From an uncultured virus (IMG/VR IMGVR_UViG_3300032007_000041) (lineage: Duplodnaviria; Heunggongvirae; Uroviricota; Caudoviricetes): a stretch of 64,000 nucleotides of DNA. Positions within the stretch are counted from its first letter, which is position 1, and every line of letters begins with the position of its first letter. Under the pieces are notes generated by a model. That model saw only the letters and a program-made list of their open reading frames with translations. It was not told the origin of the DNA and ran no database searches. Both the position numbers and the translations under genes were made by a program. Where the stretch lies: IMG/VR virus record IMGVR_UViG_3300032007_000041; one strand, written 5' to 3'. This document shows positions 40,696 to 49,533 of this stretch, in pieces.

Positions 40696-40841
40696 CTTTT
40701 TTTACTTTTACATTAAAAAAATATACATTTTTTCAATATTTATAACCCCATTTTTAAATTCATAAATTTTATTTATATAAAAATGGATAGCTATTACTAT
40801 CCATTAAATATATTTTAAAAATATTATTATTCCTTAAATAC

Positions 40842-41591
40842 TTATACTCTTTCAATTTCTTTGGTTGTATTGTATTTCGTTTTTAATCCGCAGGTATTAA
40901 AGAACACATCATTATCAAAAACATAATTTGAATCGTTTGGATTTGTCTTTGCTTCATCTGCGACCCAATTAGTAATTTTTTCAAACCAATTACTACTAAG
41001 TAAATTATCCGAACTTTGTTTATATTGTTCAATAGCATTTTTTACTTGGTCAATACCATTTGATTTATCGACTGTAAATTCTTTATGGAACTGATAAGGT
41101 GAATCCATATCAAATATACCTATTATGTTCATATTAATATCTTTCAAATCTTCAAAACCAGACTCTGAATTAATATAAACTTCCACTTTTAATTTACCTG
41201 TTGTAGTTTCTTCATCTTTTTTATCCATATTATCATTATCAAATGGATTTGCCCCTTGCGGGAAATCTGATGATAAATATGGTAAAACAATAGTGTCACT
41301 AGTGTTTGTATCTCCAACTCTATTTGTCAAACAAAAATGTTTTGGACTATAAACTGTATATGTATCACACACACTAATATGTTGTGTTGTCTGACCATCC
41401 GGAATATCAATTACTTTTTTCCAATTATTAGGTAGCTGATTAATAAAATCTTTTATTGCTTGATTGGAATCTTTTTCTTCATCTTTGTTTTTATTAAAAA
41501 GATTTTTTACCTTATTCTTTAAATCACCAAAACCAAAAGCATATCTATTCTGATACTCATTTTGACGAATCTTATTAAGAACAATGTTCAT
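40842..41591 (-). CDS. Hypothetical protein (candidate virion-internal)
   Basis: 249-aa ORF, AAAGGA RBS, MNIVLNK N-terminus. Confidence 0.7.
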   Translation of the reverse strand: MNIVLNKIRQNEYQNRYAFGFGDLKNKVKNLFNKNKDEEKDSNQAIKDFINQLPNNWKKVIDIPDGQTTQHISVCDTYTVYSPKHFCLTNRVGDTNTSDTIVLPYLSSDFPQGANPFDNDNMDKKDEETTTGKLKVEVYINSESGFEDLKDINMNIIGIFDMDSPYQFHKEFTVDKSNGIDQVKNAIEQYKQSSDNLLSSNWFEKITNWVADEAKTNPNDSNYVFDNDVFFNTCGLKTKYNTTKEIERV

Positions 41592-41637
41592 CTATATCAT
41601 ATCCTTTATAAAAATAATATCTATAAATTATATAATT

Positions 41638-42708
41638 TTAAACCAATGAATTATAATCATTGACTGCGTTCTGTAGTTCTTTAATATTCATATATGTATA
41701 TATTGGGAAACTAATTGAATTATGTGTTATATATTCTGAATTTGGTGTATTTTGACGATATTGTTTATACAATGTATTATCACAAACATCTTTATTATAC
41801 AAATCATCTGTTTCAAACAATTGATTAATTATTTCTATAGATTTACTATCTGTAACAATACCTTGCATTCTTGCCCATGCACTTATGGCATCTGGTTCTT
41901 GTTTTTGCCATATAACATTTTTCATTTGTTTATATGTATTAGCAATTTCATTACGTTTTTGCAATATATGACCAATATATTTCATTTTAGTATCTAAAAA
42001 TACACCATGTAACATATCAAATCCACCATTTGTACCGATTCTAATACAATTATCATTATCATCTGAACCGTGGTCTAATATTGATTTTGATAATTTATAT
42101 ACTTTTTCATTATTTGTAAATATAGCTCCACCTTCACCAAAACCTCCAAATGGTTTTGTCGGATAAAATGAAGTACAAGATACATCACAGATACTACCTA
42201 ATTTTTTATTATCATATATGGATGTCATAGCTTGACACATATCATCAATAACAGGTATATTATGTTTTTTAGCTATTTCACAAATCTTTTTATAATTGCA
42301 TGGATTTCCAAAAATGTCAACAGACATAATAGCTTTAACTGTATCATCTATTTTTTCTTCTATTTTATTTTCGTCTATATTCCATGTATCTTTTTTTACA
42401 TCAACAAAAATTGGTTCTGCTCCTACCAAACGAATAGCATTAATCGTAGCAATAAAAGTTAATGGTGTCGTAACAACTTTATCTCCTGTACCAATCCCAT
42501 AGCATTTTAATGCAACTGCCAATGCTTGTGTACCTGATTTTGCTAAAACTACATATTTAACATTTAAAAAATCTTTTAATTTATTAGCAAAACTATCTAA
42601 AGATTTACCCCAAATAAAATCTCTCGTTTTACTTTGTTCATCTATAGTTTTAACTGCATCTCTTTTTGTTATTAACCAATCTGCTTCATTTGAAAAATAT
42701 TTTATCAT
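41638..42708 (-). CDS. DegT/DnrJ/EryC1/StrS PLP-dependent sugar aminotransferase
   Basis: SGTQAL, TFIATINAI...GAEPIFVDV, VDIFGNP, SFYPTKPFGGFGEGG (PLP lysine intact). Confidence 0.93.
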   Translation of the reverse strand: MIKYFSNEADWLITKRDAVKTIDEQSKTRDFIWGKSLDSFANKLKDFLNVKYVVLAKSGTQALAVALKCYGIGTGDKVVTTPLTFIATINAIRLVGAEPIFVDVKKDTWNIDENKIEEKIDDTVKAIMSVDIFGNPCNYKKICEIAKKHNIPVIDDMCQAMTSIYDNKKLGSICDVSCTSFYPTKPFGGFGEGGAIFTNNEKVYKLSKSILDHGSDDNDNCIRIGTNGGFDMLHGVFLDTKMKYIGHILQKRNEIANTYKQMKNVIWQKQEPDAISAWARMQGIVTDSKSIEIINQLFETDDLYNKDVCDNTLYKQYRQNTPNSEYITHNSISFPIYTYMNIKELQNAVNDYNSLV

Positions 42709-43090
42709 GAATGTATCTCCTTAAAATATTGAATTGTTTTTCTAAGCCCATTTCTAACATCATATTTTGGTTTCCAATTTAATATTTTATTTGCTTTTGT
42801 TATATCAGGTTTACGTTGTAAAGGGTCATCTTCAGGTAAATCACAATATACATATTTTTGATTTACTTTCATTTCATCACATATTATATTAGCCAATTGT
42901 AATATTGTATATTCTTCATTATTACCAATATTAACAGGAAAATGATAATCTGATTTCATTAATTTTAATAACCCATCAATCAAATCATCTATATAACAAA
43001 TACTCCTCGTTTGACTACCATCACCATATATAGTAATTGGTTTATTATCCAAAATTTGATTAATAAAATTAGATACTACACGACCATTTG
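42705..43090 (-). pseudogene. C-terminal third of a UDP-glucuronate decarboxylase/NAD-dependent epimerase
   Basis: GRVVSNFI..., YGDGSQTRS.CYIDDLIDG, PVNIGN, LPEDDP.QRKPDI; Rossmann GxxGxxG and YxxxK motifs absent. Confidence 0.85.
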
Positions 43091-43380
43091 TATAATAATA
43101 CAACTTTTGTATCTGTATTCTTATATATTTCAGAAGCATAGTCAACATATTTCATTATATCTTTATTCAAAAGCGGTTCCCCACCCATAATTTCAAAATA
43201 TTTAGTATGACATACTTCTTTAATTATTTTTATATTCTTTTTAAATTTATCAAAATTAGACATAAATGGATTTTTATAATTAGCAATAGGAGCACAATTA
43301 TTACATGATTTACAATTAAGATTACATATATCATTCGTCATATATGCAATAAATTCAAGTTGTTGCACATTATCTCCCAC
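43069..43380 (-). pseudogene. N-terminal fragment of a radical SAM protein
   Basis: CNLNCKSC-NNCAP, MGGEPLL; the frame breaks at the YTNG motif. Confidence 0.85.
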
Positions 43381-44089
43381 CCATTGTCCAATCTAAATTA
43401 CTAAATATATCATTTAAACTCTTGTTAAATGGAGTACTTTCATGTACAATTGGCTTTGTCAAACCTTTTAAATTAGACATCGGTTTTTTATCTGCTACAA
43501 TTTCTTTTTTCACATTATTTCTTGATTTTAATTTATTGCTTAAATCCATCATAGCATTATCCATAAATGTTTCTTCATTGTAGGAAGAAATATCTAAATC
43601 TCTATTAGCTTTTATATCACTTAATGACCTACTATCTCCACCATCAAAACTAGTTGTTTTAGTTGTAGTAGGAATTTCTTTCGAAAAATCACCAATAATC
43701 GGTCCAGATTGCTTAATTTTTCTTAATGCTTTCTCTGCTTCTGTTAAGTTTTCATCTTCAGAATCATTTTCTTTTGCAATATTAGTAATTTCCATACTTA
43801 CTTCAGAATGTACTTCATTAGCATAATCGTCAAATTCTTTATCTGATAAACTTTTTAATTCTAACAGTTTCGTTTCTCTATCAGATTCATCAATTAAATG
43901 TTTCTGTATAGCTTCATCAACGATTTTATCATATTTATCTGCAAATTGTGTCTTGCTAATAGTTTGTTTTGGTTCTTCAGAAATAACTTTATTTTCCTCT
44001 TTTATAAACAAATTATCTAACATAGCGTACTTAATACGATAAAATTTTGGTCTTGGTTTAACTATTTTCAGTTTCAAAAAGTTTACCAC
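43370..44089 (-). CDS. Probable capsid scaffold-like protein
   Basis: Charged, helical, located between protease and capsid genes. Confidence 0.4.
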   Translation of the reverse strand: MVNFLKLKIVKPRPKFYRIKYAMLDNLFIKEENKVISEEPKQTISKTQFADKYDKIVDEAIQKHLIDESDRETKLLELKSLSDKEFDDYANEVHSEVSMEITNIAKENDSEDENLTEAEKALRKIKQSGPIIGDFSKEIPTTTKTTSFDGGDSRSLSDIKANRDLDISSYNEETFMDNAMMDLSNKLKSRNNVKKEIVADKKPMSNLKGLTKPIVHESTPFNKSLNDIFSNLDWTMGGR

Positions 44090-44096
44090 CTTTCAA

Positions 44097-44576
44097 TTAT
44101 TCTTCAGGTTCAGGTTCTTCTGTTTTTTCTTCATTATTTTCACTATCTAAGTCGAAGTCTGTATCTTCATCAGAATCTTCTTCATTTTCTTCTTCTGATG
44201 TATCTTCTGTATTTTCATCTTTTTCAGGCATAGTATCAGCAGGAATTTCATCATTCAAGTTATAATCACTATTATCAGAATCTGGATTATCTTGATTACT
44301 CATATCAATTTGGTCTACATCATATTGTGGAACTAAATTAAAGTTTTCTAAATCATAACATACGCTAAATAGTCCATCCATAATTTTATCAACCATATCA
44401 TATTGTTGATGGATTTTATCCCTTAATTCACTATTCGCAGAAACATTTGTACATTGTTCCATTTTAAATTTAAAATTTTCTAACTCTTTTAAAATTTTAC
44501 GACCATCTCGTGCGACCCCTTTAACAACGCTTTCAATAGCTTCGGAATTATCTGCTTTAATTAATCTTTTATTCAT
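44097..44576 (-). CDS. Coiled-coil protein with acidic tail (head module)
   Basis: MNKRLIKA start; D/E-rich C-terminus. Confidence 0.65.
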   Translation of the reverse strand: MNKRLIKADNSEAIESVVKGVARDGRKILKELENFKFKMEQCTNVSANSELRDKIHQQYDMVDKIMDGLFSVCYDLENFNLVPQYDVDQIDMSNQDNPDSDNSDYNLNDEIPADTMPEKDENTEDTSEEENEEDSDEDTDFDLDSENNEEKTEEPEPEE

Positions 44577-44679
44577 AATTTATATTTCAACTCACTTTTA
44601 TATTAAAACGATTTCATCTTCTATTTTAAAAATAAAAGTTTAATCACGTTATATATTATTATATTTATTTTATCACCAT

Positions 44680-44711
44680 AAAAAAGAAGTGGAGTATATT
44701 CCACTTCTTTT
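44680..44711. terminator. Intrinsic terminator
   Basis: AAAAAGAAGTGGA-gtatat-TCCACTTCTTTT. Confidence 0.75.
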
Positions 44712-45610
44712 TATGACCAAGGAAGATTACTTAATTTATCACTTAATGATTGTATTTTCCCATTAAACGTTCTTTGATTTTTCTCATTCCTATAAACATT
44801 ATCTTCTTTATGATAATATTTTGGTACAAAAACATTAGAACGGTTTTGTTTACTTGCAACTCTTTCTAATATTTTCGCATCTGGGTCTGCACCTTCAGTT
44901 ACCAAACTATCTTCAAAAAATTCTACACCACGGTTATCTTCAAAAACAGGTAAACCATTATATGTTAAACCTTTATAATTTAAAATATGTTCACAAACAT
45001 CATCGTTCGTTCTAGCTTCATGTCCACAAATTGAACAAATTGCATATTCACAATGACAACCCATAGATGTATCTGTTACATATCTTTTTTCAATACCTGA
45101 AGCTAACTGTGGGAAAGCCTTTTTATCAATAGCTTCTAATAATTCAACAAAATATCCATTTGTATTATAAATAGCATCTAATATAATACCACGAGCATCT
45201 TCTACATTTTCATCAACATGGTCAACAAATACTGATTTACCAATAAATGTTTTATATGTTTTTAATAATTCTTCATGCGAGAAAAAATCTCCATTTAAAT
45301 TAGCATTTCTGCAAACCTGTGAATATTTCGCAAAATCGTTATAATATTCTTCGATAGGAACTAATTCTACCGAACCACCTTTGTGTTCAATAACATTTCC
45401 TGCCGAAACTGCACGGTTTCTAATATATAAAAAATCTTTTTCTTTTGGAACAATCTTAACTACTTTGGCAGTCTTAGTTATATTATTCAAAGTTTTACTA
45501 TCTTTTAATAAAGATAAATTTGCTTTATTGTTACCAAATAATGTAACATTACCATTTTTTTCTAAAGTATAATCTTCTATACGACCTCTCGTATTATTAA
45601 TAACAATCAT
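44711..45610 (-). CDS. Prohead protease (herpes/HK97-type fold, jumbo-phage variant)
   Basis: NLNGDFF..EEL, FVDH, RGIILDA, TSMGC...CSICG...VCEHI, FFEDSLV..GADP.A. Confidence 0.8.
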   Translation of the reverse strand: MIVINNTRGRIEDYTLEKNGNVTLFGNNKANLSLLKDSKTLNNITKTAKVVKIVPKEKDFLYIRNRAVSAGNVIEHKGGSVELVPIEEYYNDFAKYSQVCRNANLNGDFFSHEELLKTYKTFIGKSVFVDHVDENVEDARGIILDAIYNTNGYFVELLEAIDKKAFPQLASGIEKRYVTDTSMGCHCEYAICSICGHEARTNDDVCEHILNYKGLTYNGLPVFEDNRGVEFFEDSLVTEGADPDAKILERVASKQNRSNVFVPKYYHKEDNVYRNEKNQRTFNGKIQSLSDKLSNLPWS

Positions 45611-45627
45611 TTATTTCACCACACTTG

Positions 45628-45927
45628 TTAAAGAGTTTCCCATATTTTAATTTCATGTAAATATCTACTTGCTACATCTAAACATTCTTGCCAATGTTTA
45701 TCAACTTCTTCAATTGGACAAACTTCATCTAACAAACCAAATTGAATGGATTGAGCTAAATTATATGTTAATCCACCTGTGGGAACAAGTGGTAAATCTG
45801 CAAGAATTTTTTTTGCAATTAAAAACGCATTATTCGCGTTCATTTTATCTGTAGCTTGCTTTTTAACAAGAGTTGTGACAACATCATGCGTATACGGAGA
45901 TACATGATTACTTAATCTTTTAAACAT
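45628..45927 (-). CDS. Hypothetical protein
   Basis: 99 aa, AAGGAG RBS. Confidence 0.7.
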   Translation of the reverse strand: MFKRLSNHVSPYTHDVVTTLVKKQATDKMNANNAFLIAKKILADLPLVPTGGLTYNLAQSIQFGLLDEVCPIEEVDKHWQECLDVASRYLHEIKIWETL

Positions 45928-45966
45928 TTAATTTTCTCTCCTTTATATATATAAACGGAGATAATA

Positions 45967-46284
45967 TTAGTTTTCATCTAACGCTTGTTTAATTGTTTTA
46001 TTTTCAATTTTCTTTACAGGTGAAAAATCATAATCTGATAATTGCGATTTTAATACATCATAAAATCTTTCATCTTTTAATGTTATTTTTTCTTTCATCT
46101 GTACATAGGATGAACCAACCTTATCCCCTGTTCTTGTTGTTAAATAAGGAATATCGGTCAAAATATTCAATATATTGTTTAAATTAACATCTTCATTATT
46201 GACAAATCCTATATTTTCATTTTGTTCATCAATAACTATTTTTGCTAACGCTTTTGTATTTTTATAAATATCAAATGTATACAT
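45967..46284 (-). CDS. Hypothetical protein
   Basis: 105 aa, AGGTGA RBS. Confidence 0.65.
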   Translation of the reverse strand: MYTFDIYKNTKALAKIVIDEQNENIGFVNNEDVNLNNILNILTDIPYLTTRTGDKVGSSYVQMKEKITLKDERFYDVLKSQLSDYDFSPVKKIENKTIKQALDEN

Positions 46285-46290
46285 ATTTTA

Positions 46291-47307
46291 TCACCTTTCA
46301 ATTTCATTAGCCCAATAATCAAACATTTTCTTATCTAGTTGCTTCAGTTTATCAGGAGATAAAATATATGCTATAAAAGTTTCAACATAATAATATTCAG
46401 GACTCTGTCCTGCTAAATAATTAATAAATTTGTCCTTTGAAAAAATCACGTCTTTGTGTAGTTTATCATAATAATAATTTTTCACTTCATCAGGAACTTC
46501 TTGTAAATCATTTAACGCTTTTAATATATAGTATTGAAACGATTTTATATCAAATTTTATATAATATGTGTTTTCATTATTATCATATAAATATTCAATT
46601 AAATCTGTTATATCTTTGTATTTTTCTTCCAAATCAAATTCTTGTACAAATTTAATTTTAATTTTATCTTTTATATATCGTGAATATCTTAAAGATACCA
46701 ATTTATAAAATGAAGATACTTGTCGCTTATATTTTTTCGGTACATTATAAAAATGTATTCCATTTGAAATAAGATTATCTGTTTCAATCGTATCTACTTT
46801 TTTCACGAAATAAGAATCGCAATCATCTTGTTCAATAAAATCTTTTGTAATCAATCCATTTTCCGATACAAATTTACATACAGGGCAAGAAGATTCATGA
46901 CAAACAAATTCAGTATCTAAATTATTTTCTTGAATAATGATATATTGTAAATTTTTATACAAATATTGGATTTCTTTATTTACAATTTGTTCAAATGAAT
47001 TTAAAAAATTTATATTAAATTCATGATAAACATTATTGATTTTTTCTAATACTAAATATACTTCCATTTTCCAATCTTCTAATGATAAAGTATATTTTTC
47101 TATAAAATCTTTATACTGATTAGATGGTATATAATCTTCATATACAGATTTTATTGCGCATTGACTAATTACATTAACATTATGTTGTAATTCTTGTTTA
47201 ATCGATTCCGCTTTATCATATAATGGAGCGTTTAAATAATCGTTATTTAGTATTTCATTTATTTGTAATATCAAATCTTTAGAAATGTTTCTAATAGTAT
47301 GTTCCAT
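46291..47307 (-). CDS. MuF-like head morphogenesis protein with a degenerate zincin-like C-terminus
   Basis: Directly downstream of the portal; SCPVC; C-terminal EYYYVETF.AY..SPDKLK..D..MFDY. Confidence 0.4.
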   Translation of the reverse strand: MEHTIRNISKDLILQINEILNNDYLNAPLYDKAESIKQELQHNVNVISQCAIKSVYEDYIPSNQYKDFIEKYTLSLEDWKMEVYLVLEKINNVYHEFNINFLNSFEQIVNKEIQYLYKNLQYIIIQENNLDTEFVCHESSCPVCKFVSENGLITKDFIEQDDCDSYFVKKVDTIETDNLISNGIHFYNVPKKYKRQVSSFYKLVSLRYSRYIKDKIKIKFVQEFDLEEKYKDITDLIEYLYDNNENTYYIKFDIKSFQYYILKALNDLQEVPDEVKNYYYDKLHKDVIFSKDKFINYLAGQSPEYYYVETFIAYILSPDKLKQLDKKMFDYWANEIER

Positions 47308-47320
47308 TATATTTTACCTC

Positions 47321-49063
47321 TTATTCATCTTTTATTTTTTTATTTGTAAAAGTTTTTCCCCTTCTATTAAAGAATTTATCTAAATCTAACGAAGTTTTTA
47401 CATCATGAGTTTGTAAACCAAAATCTTCAGGATTGTTACCTATACTTGGCGTATTTGATGGAGAACTAGGTCTATTAAACGAATTTTCTTCTTCATTTTC
47501 TTCACGAGACGGCTTGTTTTCTCTAATTGTATCGCCTGTCTCATATTCATTAACAATAGGTTTACCTTCATTTGGAAGCGGACCAGTTTTTGGAGCATTC
47601 TCGTCGAAAACGCTACCCCTTTCTCTTTCAAGATTGCGTTTTTCTGTTTCAGGGTCAAGACTAAGTAAAGGCAATACGGTTGTCATTGAAACTAAACCTT
47701 TATCACGTAAACTTTGAATAAATGACATTACTGTTTGATTTGACGTTAAATCCTGATGTTGCCATAATAATTTTGGTACAATCAATTCCATCTCTTTATT
47801 CGCAGCAGCACGTTTAATTTCTTTTGGAGACATATATCTACGAGCAATAGAACCATTAATAGGTTTATAAAAACCTTGTGTTTCTGCAATAGGTTTATAC
47901 ACTTTATTTCTAATCCATGATTCCAAACGTAATCTATAAGCCATATATCTTCTTGCTAATGCTTCTGCGCCAACATTTGCAGCTGAATAAGCAGAACCAT
48001 CACCATTTAACATAGCTTGTGTAATACCTAATCCTGTCATTAATTCATTTTGAATAAAATCAAACTCTGTATTTAATGGAAGGATTTTACCTGTAGAACC
48101 AACATACTCAAATGATAATCCATAATGATATACTAAGAAGAAGTTTGGGTCATCCTCACCTTCCATTAATATATCACGAAAACTATCAATATCATCCTGT
48201 GTAGGCATTGGTTCACCAGGCGTACCTATTTTAGCTACACGTAAAGGCATAATATGTCTATTAGCTATTGCATCCTGTGCTTGTCTTAATTTATCTTTAT
48301 AAATTAAAGTTTTAAAACAACGCATCATTAAAGGTGTTCCCCATGTTTCATAAGGACTTGCTTTGTGTGCAATATGAGAAATCAAACGATTATCTAATGA
48401 TATATTTTTACCCATTTTTACTTGTGTAATTATATCATCAGGGAATTGTCTATATAATTCTCCAAATTCTCCTGATGGACCACCTGAAATTATATTTGTA
48501 ATTTGGTCATCAGGAATCAATTCAATTTGTTGTTCGCCTGCAAAAATAGAAGCGGTTACATTTACATAATCAGGATTTAATAATGTAAAGTTTTCCCAAA
48601 TTCCTTCAGATTCATTAAATTGACCGAAAGGAAATACGTCTCCTATTTTCCAATATTCTAATCCAATTTCCAATAATAAATTAATTAAATCAAGTTTATC
48701 AAACGCCATATAATCAAAAAAACGTTTAATATATGGGTCACTACAAACATTACTTAAATCAGAAATTGGAAATTCTGTATGTAAATCTAATGCCGTAGCA
48801 ATTATCGGTTCAGTTCTATAAAAATGTCTGCACCACTCATTACGTTCACGTCTATCACGAGGCAACAACATATTTGTTGTCTGAAATAATGGCTGATAGA
48901 ATGTTGGATTACCCATTCTAACAACACCACTAGAAGCGTGTACAGTTTTCCCACGTTTCATTCTTGATTGTATTCTTTTTGGTAAATCTGATTTATTTAC
49001 AATACTATTTTTTGCAAGATTACCATCATATCCTGCGGTAACAGTTTTATGATTTTTTCTCAA
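47321..49063 (-). CDS. Portal protein
   Basis: 580 aa; WCRHFY..EPII..ALDLH.EFP, EYWKIGDVF, LNPDYV, WGTPL..RCFK.L.YKDKLRQAQ.AIA.RH..PLR; first gene of the head module. Confidence 0.85.
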   Translation of the reverse strand: MRKNHKTVTAGYDGNLAKNSIVNKSDLPKRIQSRMKRGKTVHASSGVVRMGNPTFYQPLFQTTNMLLPRDRRERNEWCRHFYRTEPIIATALDLHTEFPISDLSNVCSDPYIKRFFDYMAFDKLDLINLLLEIGLEYWKIGDVFPFGQFNESEGIWENFTLLNPDYVNVTASIFAGEQQIELIPDDQITNIISGGPSGEFGELYRQFPDDIITQVKMGKNISLDNRLISHIAHKASPYETWGTPLMMRCFKTLIYKDKLRQAQDAIANRHIMPLRVAKIGTPGEPMPTQDDIDSFRDILMEGEDDPNFFLVYHYGLSFEYVGSTGKILPLNTEFDFIQNELMTGLGITQAMLNGDGSAYSAANVGAEALARRYMAYRLRLESWIRNKVYKPIAETQGFYKPINGSIARRYMSPKEIKRAAANKEMELIVPKLLWQHQDLTSNQTVMSFIQSLRDKGLVSMTTVLPLLSLDPETEKRNLERERGSVFDENAPKTGPLPNEGKPIVNEYETGDTIRENKPSREENEEENSFNRPSSPSNTPSIGNNPEDFGLQTHDVKTSLDLDKFFNRRGKTFTNKKIKDE

Positions 49064-49195
49064 ATTGTTTCACCTAACTTCCTATTAAAAGAAAGAATTA
49101 TCTACAAAAAATATATATAGCACAATACATTTTATGTCTTATTTTATCTCTATCATTTATTATACAAAAACAAATAATAAAATTATAATTATTTG

Positions 49196-49224
49196 TATAC
49201 ATTTGTTAATAAATTTAATATAAT
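49196..49224 (+). promoter_or_regulatory. Putative SigA-type promoter for a plus-strand ncRNA
   Basis: TATACA-17 bp-TATAAT. Confidence 0.4.
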
Positions 49225-49227
49225 AAA

Positions 49228-49520
49228 TAAGAATTATTATGTATGGATAGCAATAAGATGTTCTTTAATTCTATTCGTGGTCGATATACATAATCAGTCT
49301 TAAAGAATGTGACTGTAATTACATTCTCGTACTAATAAATATTAGTACATATATTTAATTTTATATTTTTAAAATACCATGTTTCATTTGACCTCTGGTG
49401 AGCATAGTAACGGTGCTCAGAGTTTAGAATTCTAAACAAAAATATACATTCTTTTACCTATGAATATATATTTTTGACGTTATACAAAAAAAGTCATTCA
49501 TTTAAGAATGACTTTTTTCT
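49228..49520 (+). ncRNA. Candidate structured ncRNA of unknown family
   Basis: Six consecutive hairpins with plus-strand G-U pairs, no ORF of 60 codons or more, ends at a terminator. Confidence 0.5.
49487..49518. terminator. Bidirectional intrinsic terminator
   Basis: AAAAAAGTCATTC-atttaa-GAATGACTTTTTT. Confidence 0.8.
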
Positions 49521-49533
49521 TTATATTTAAAAT

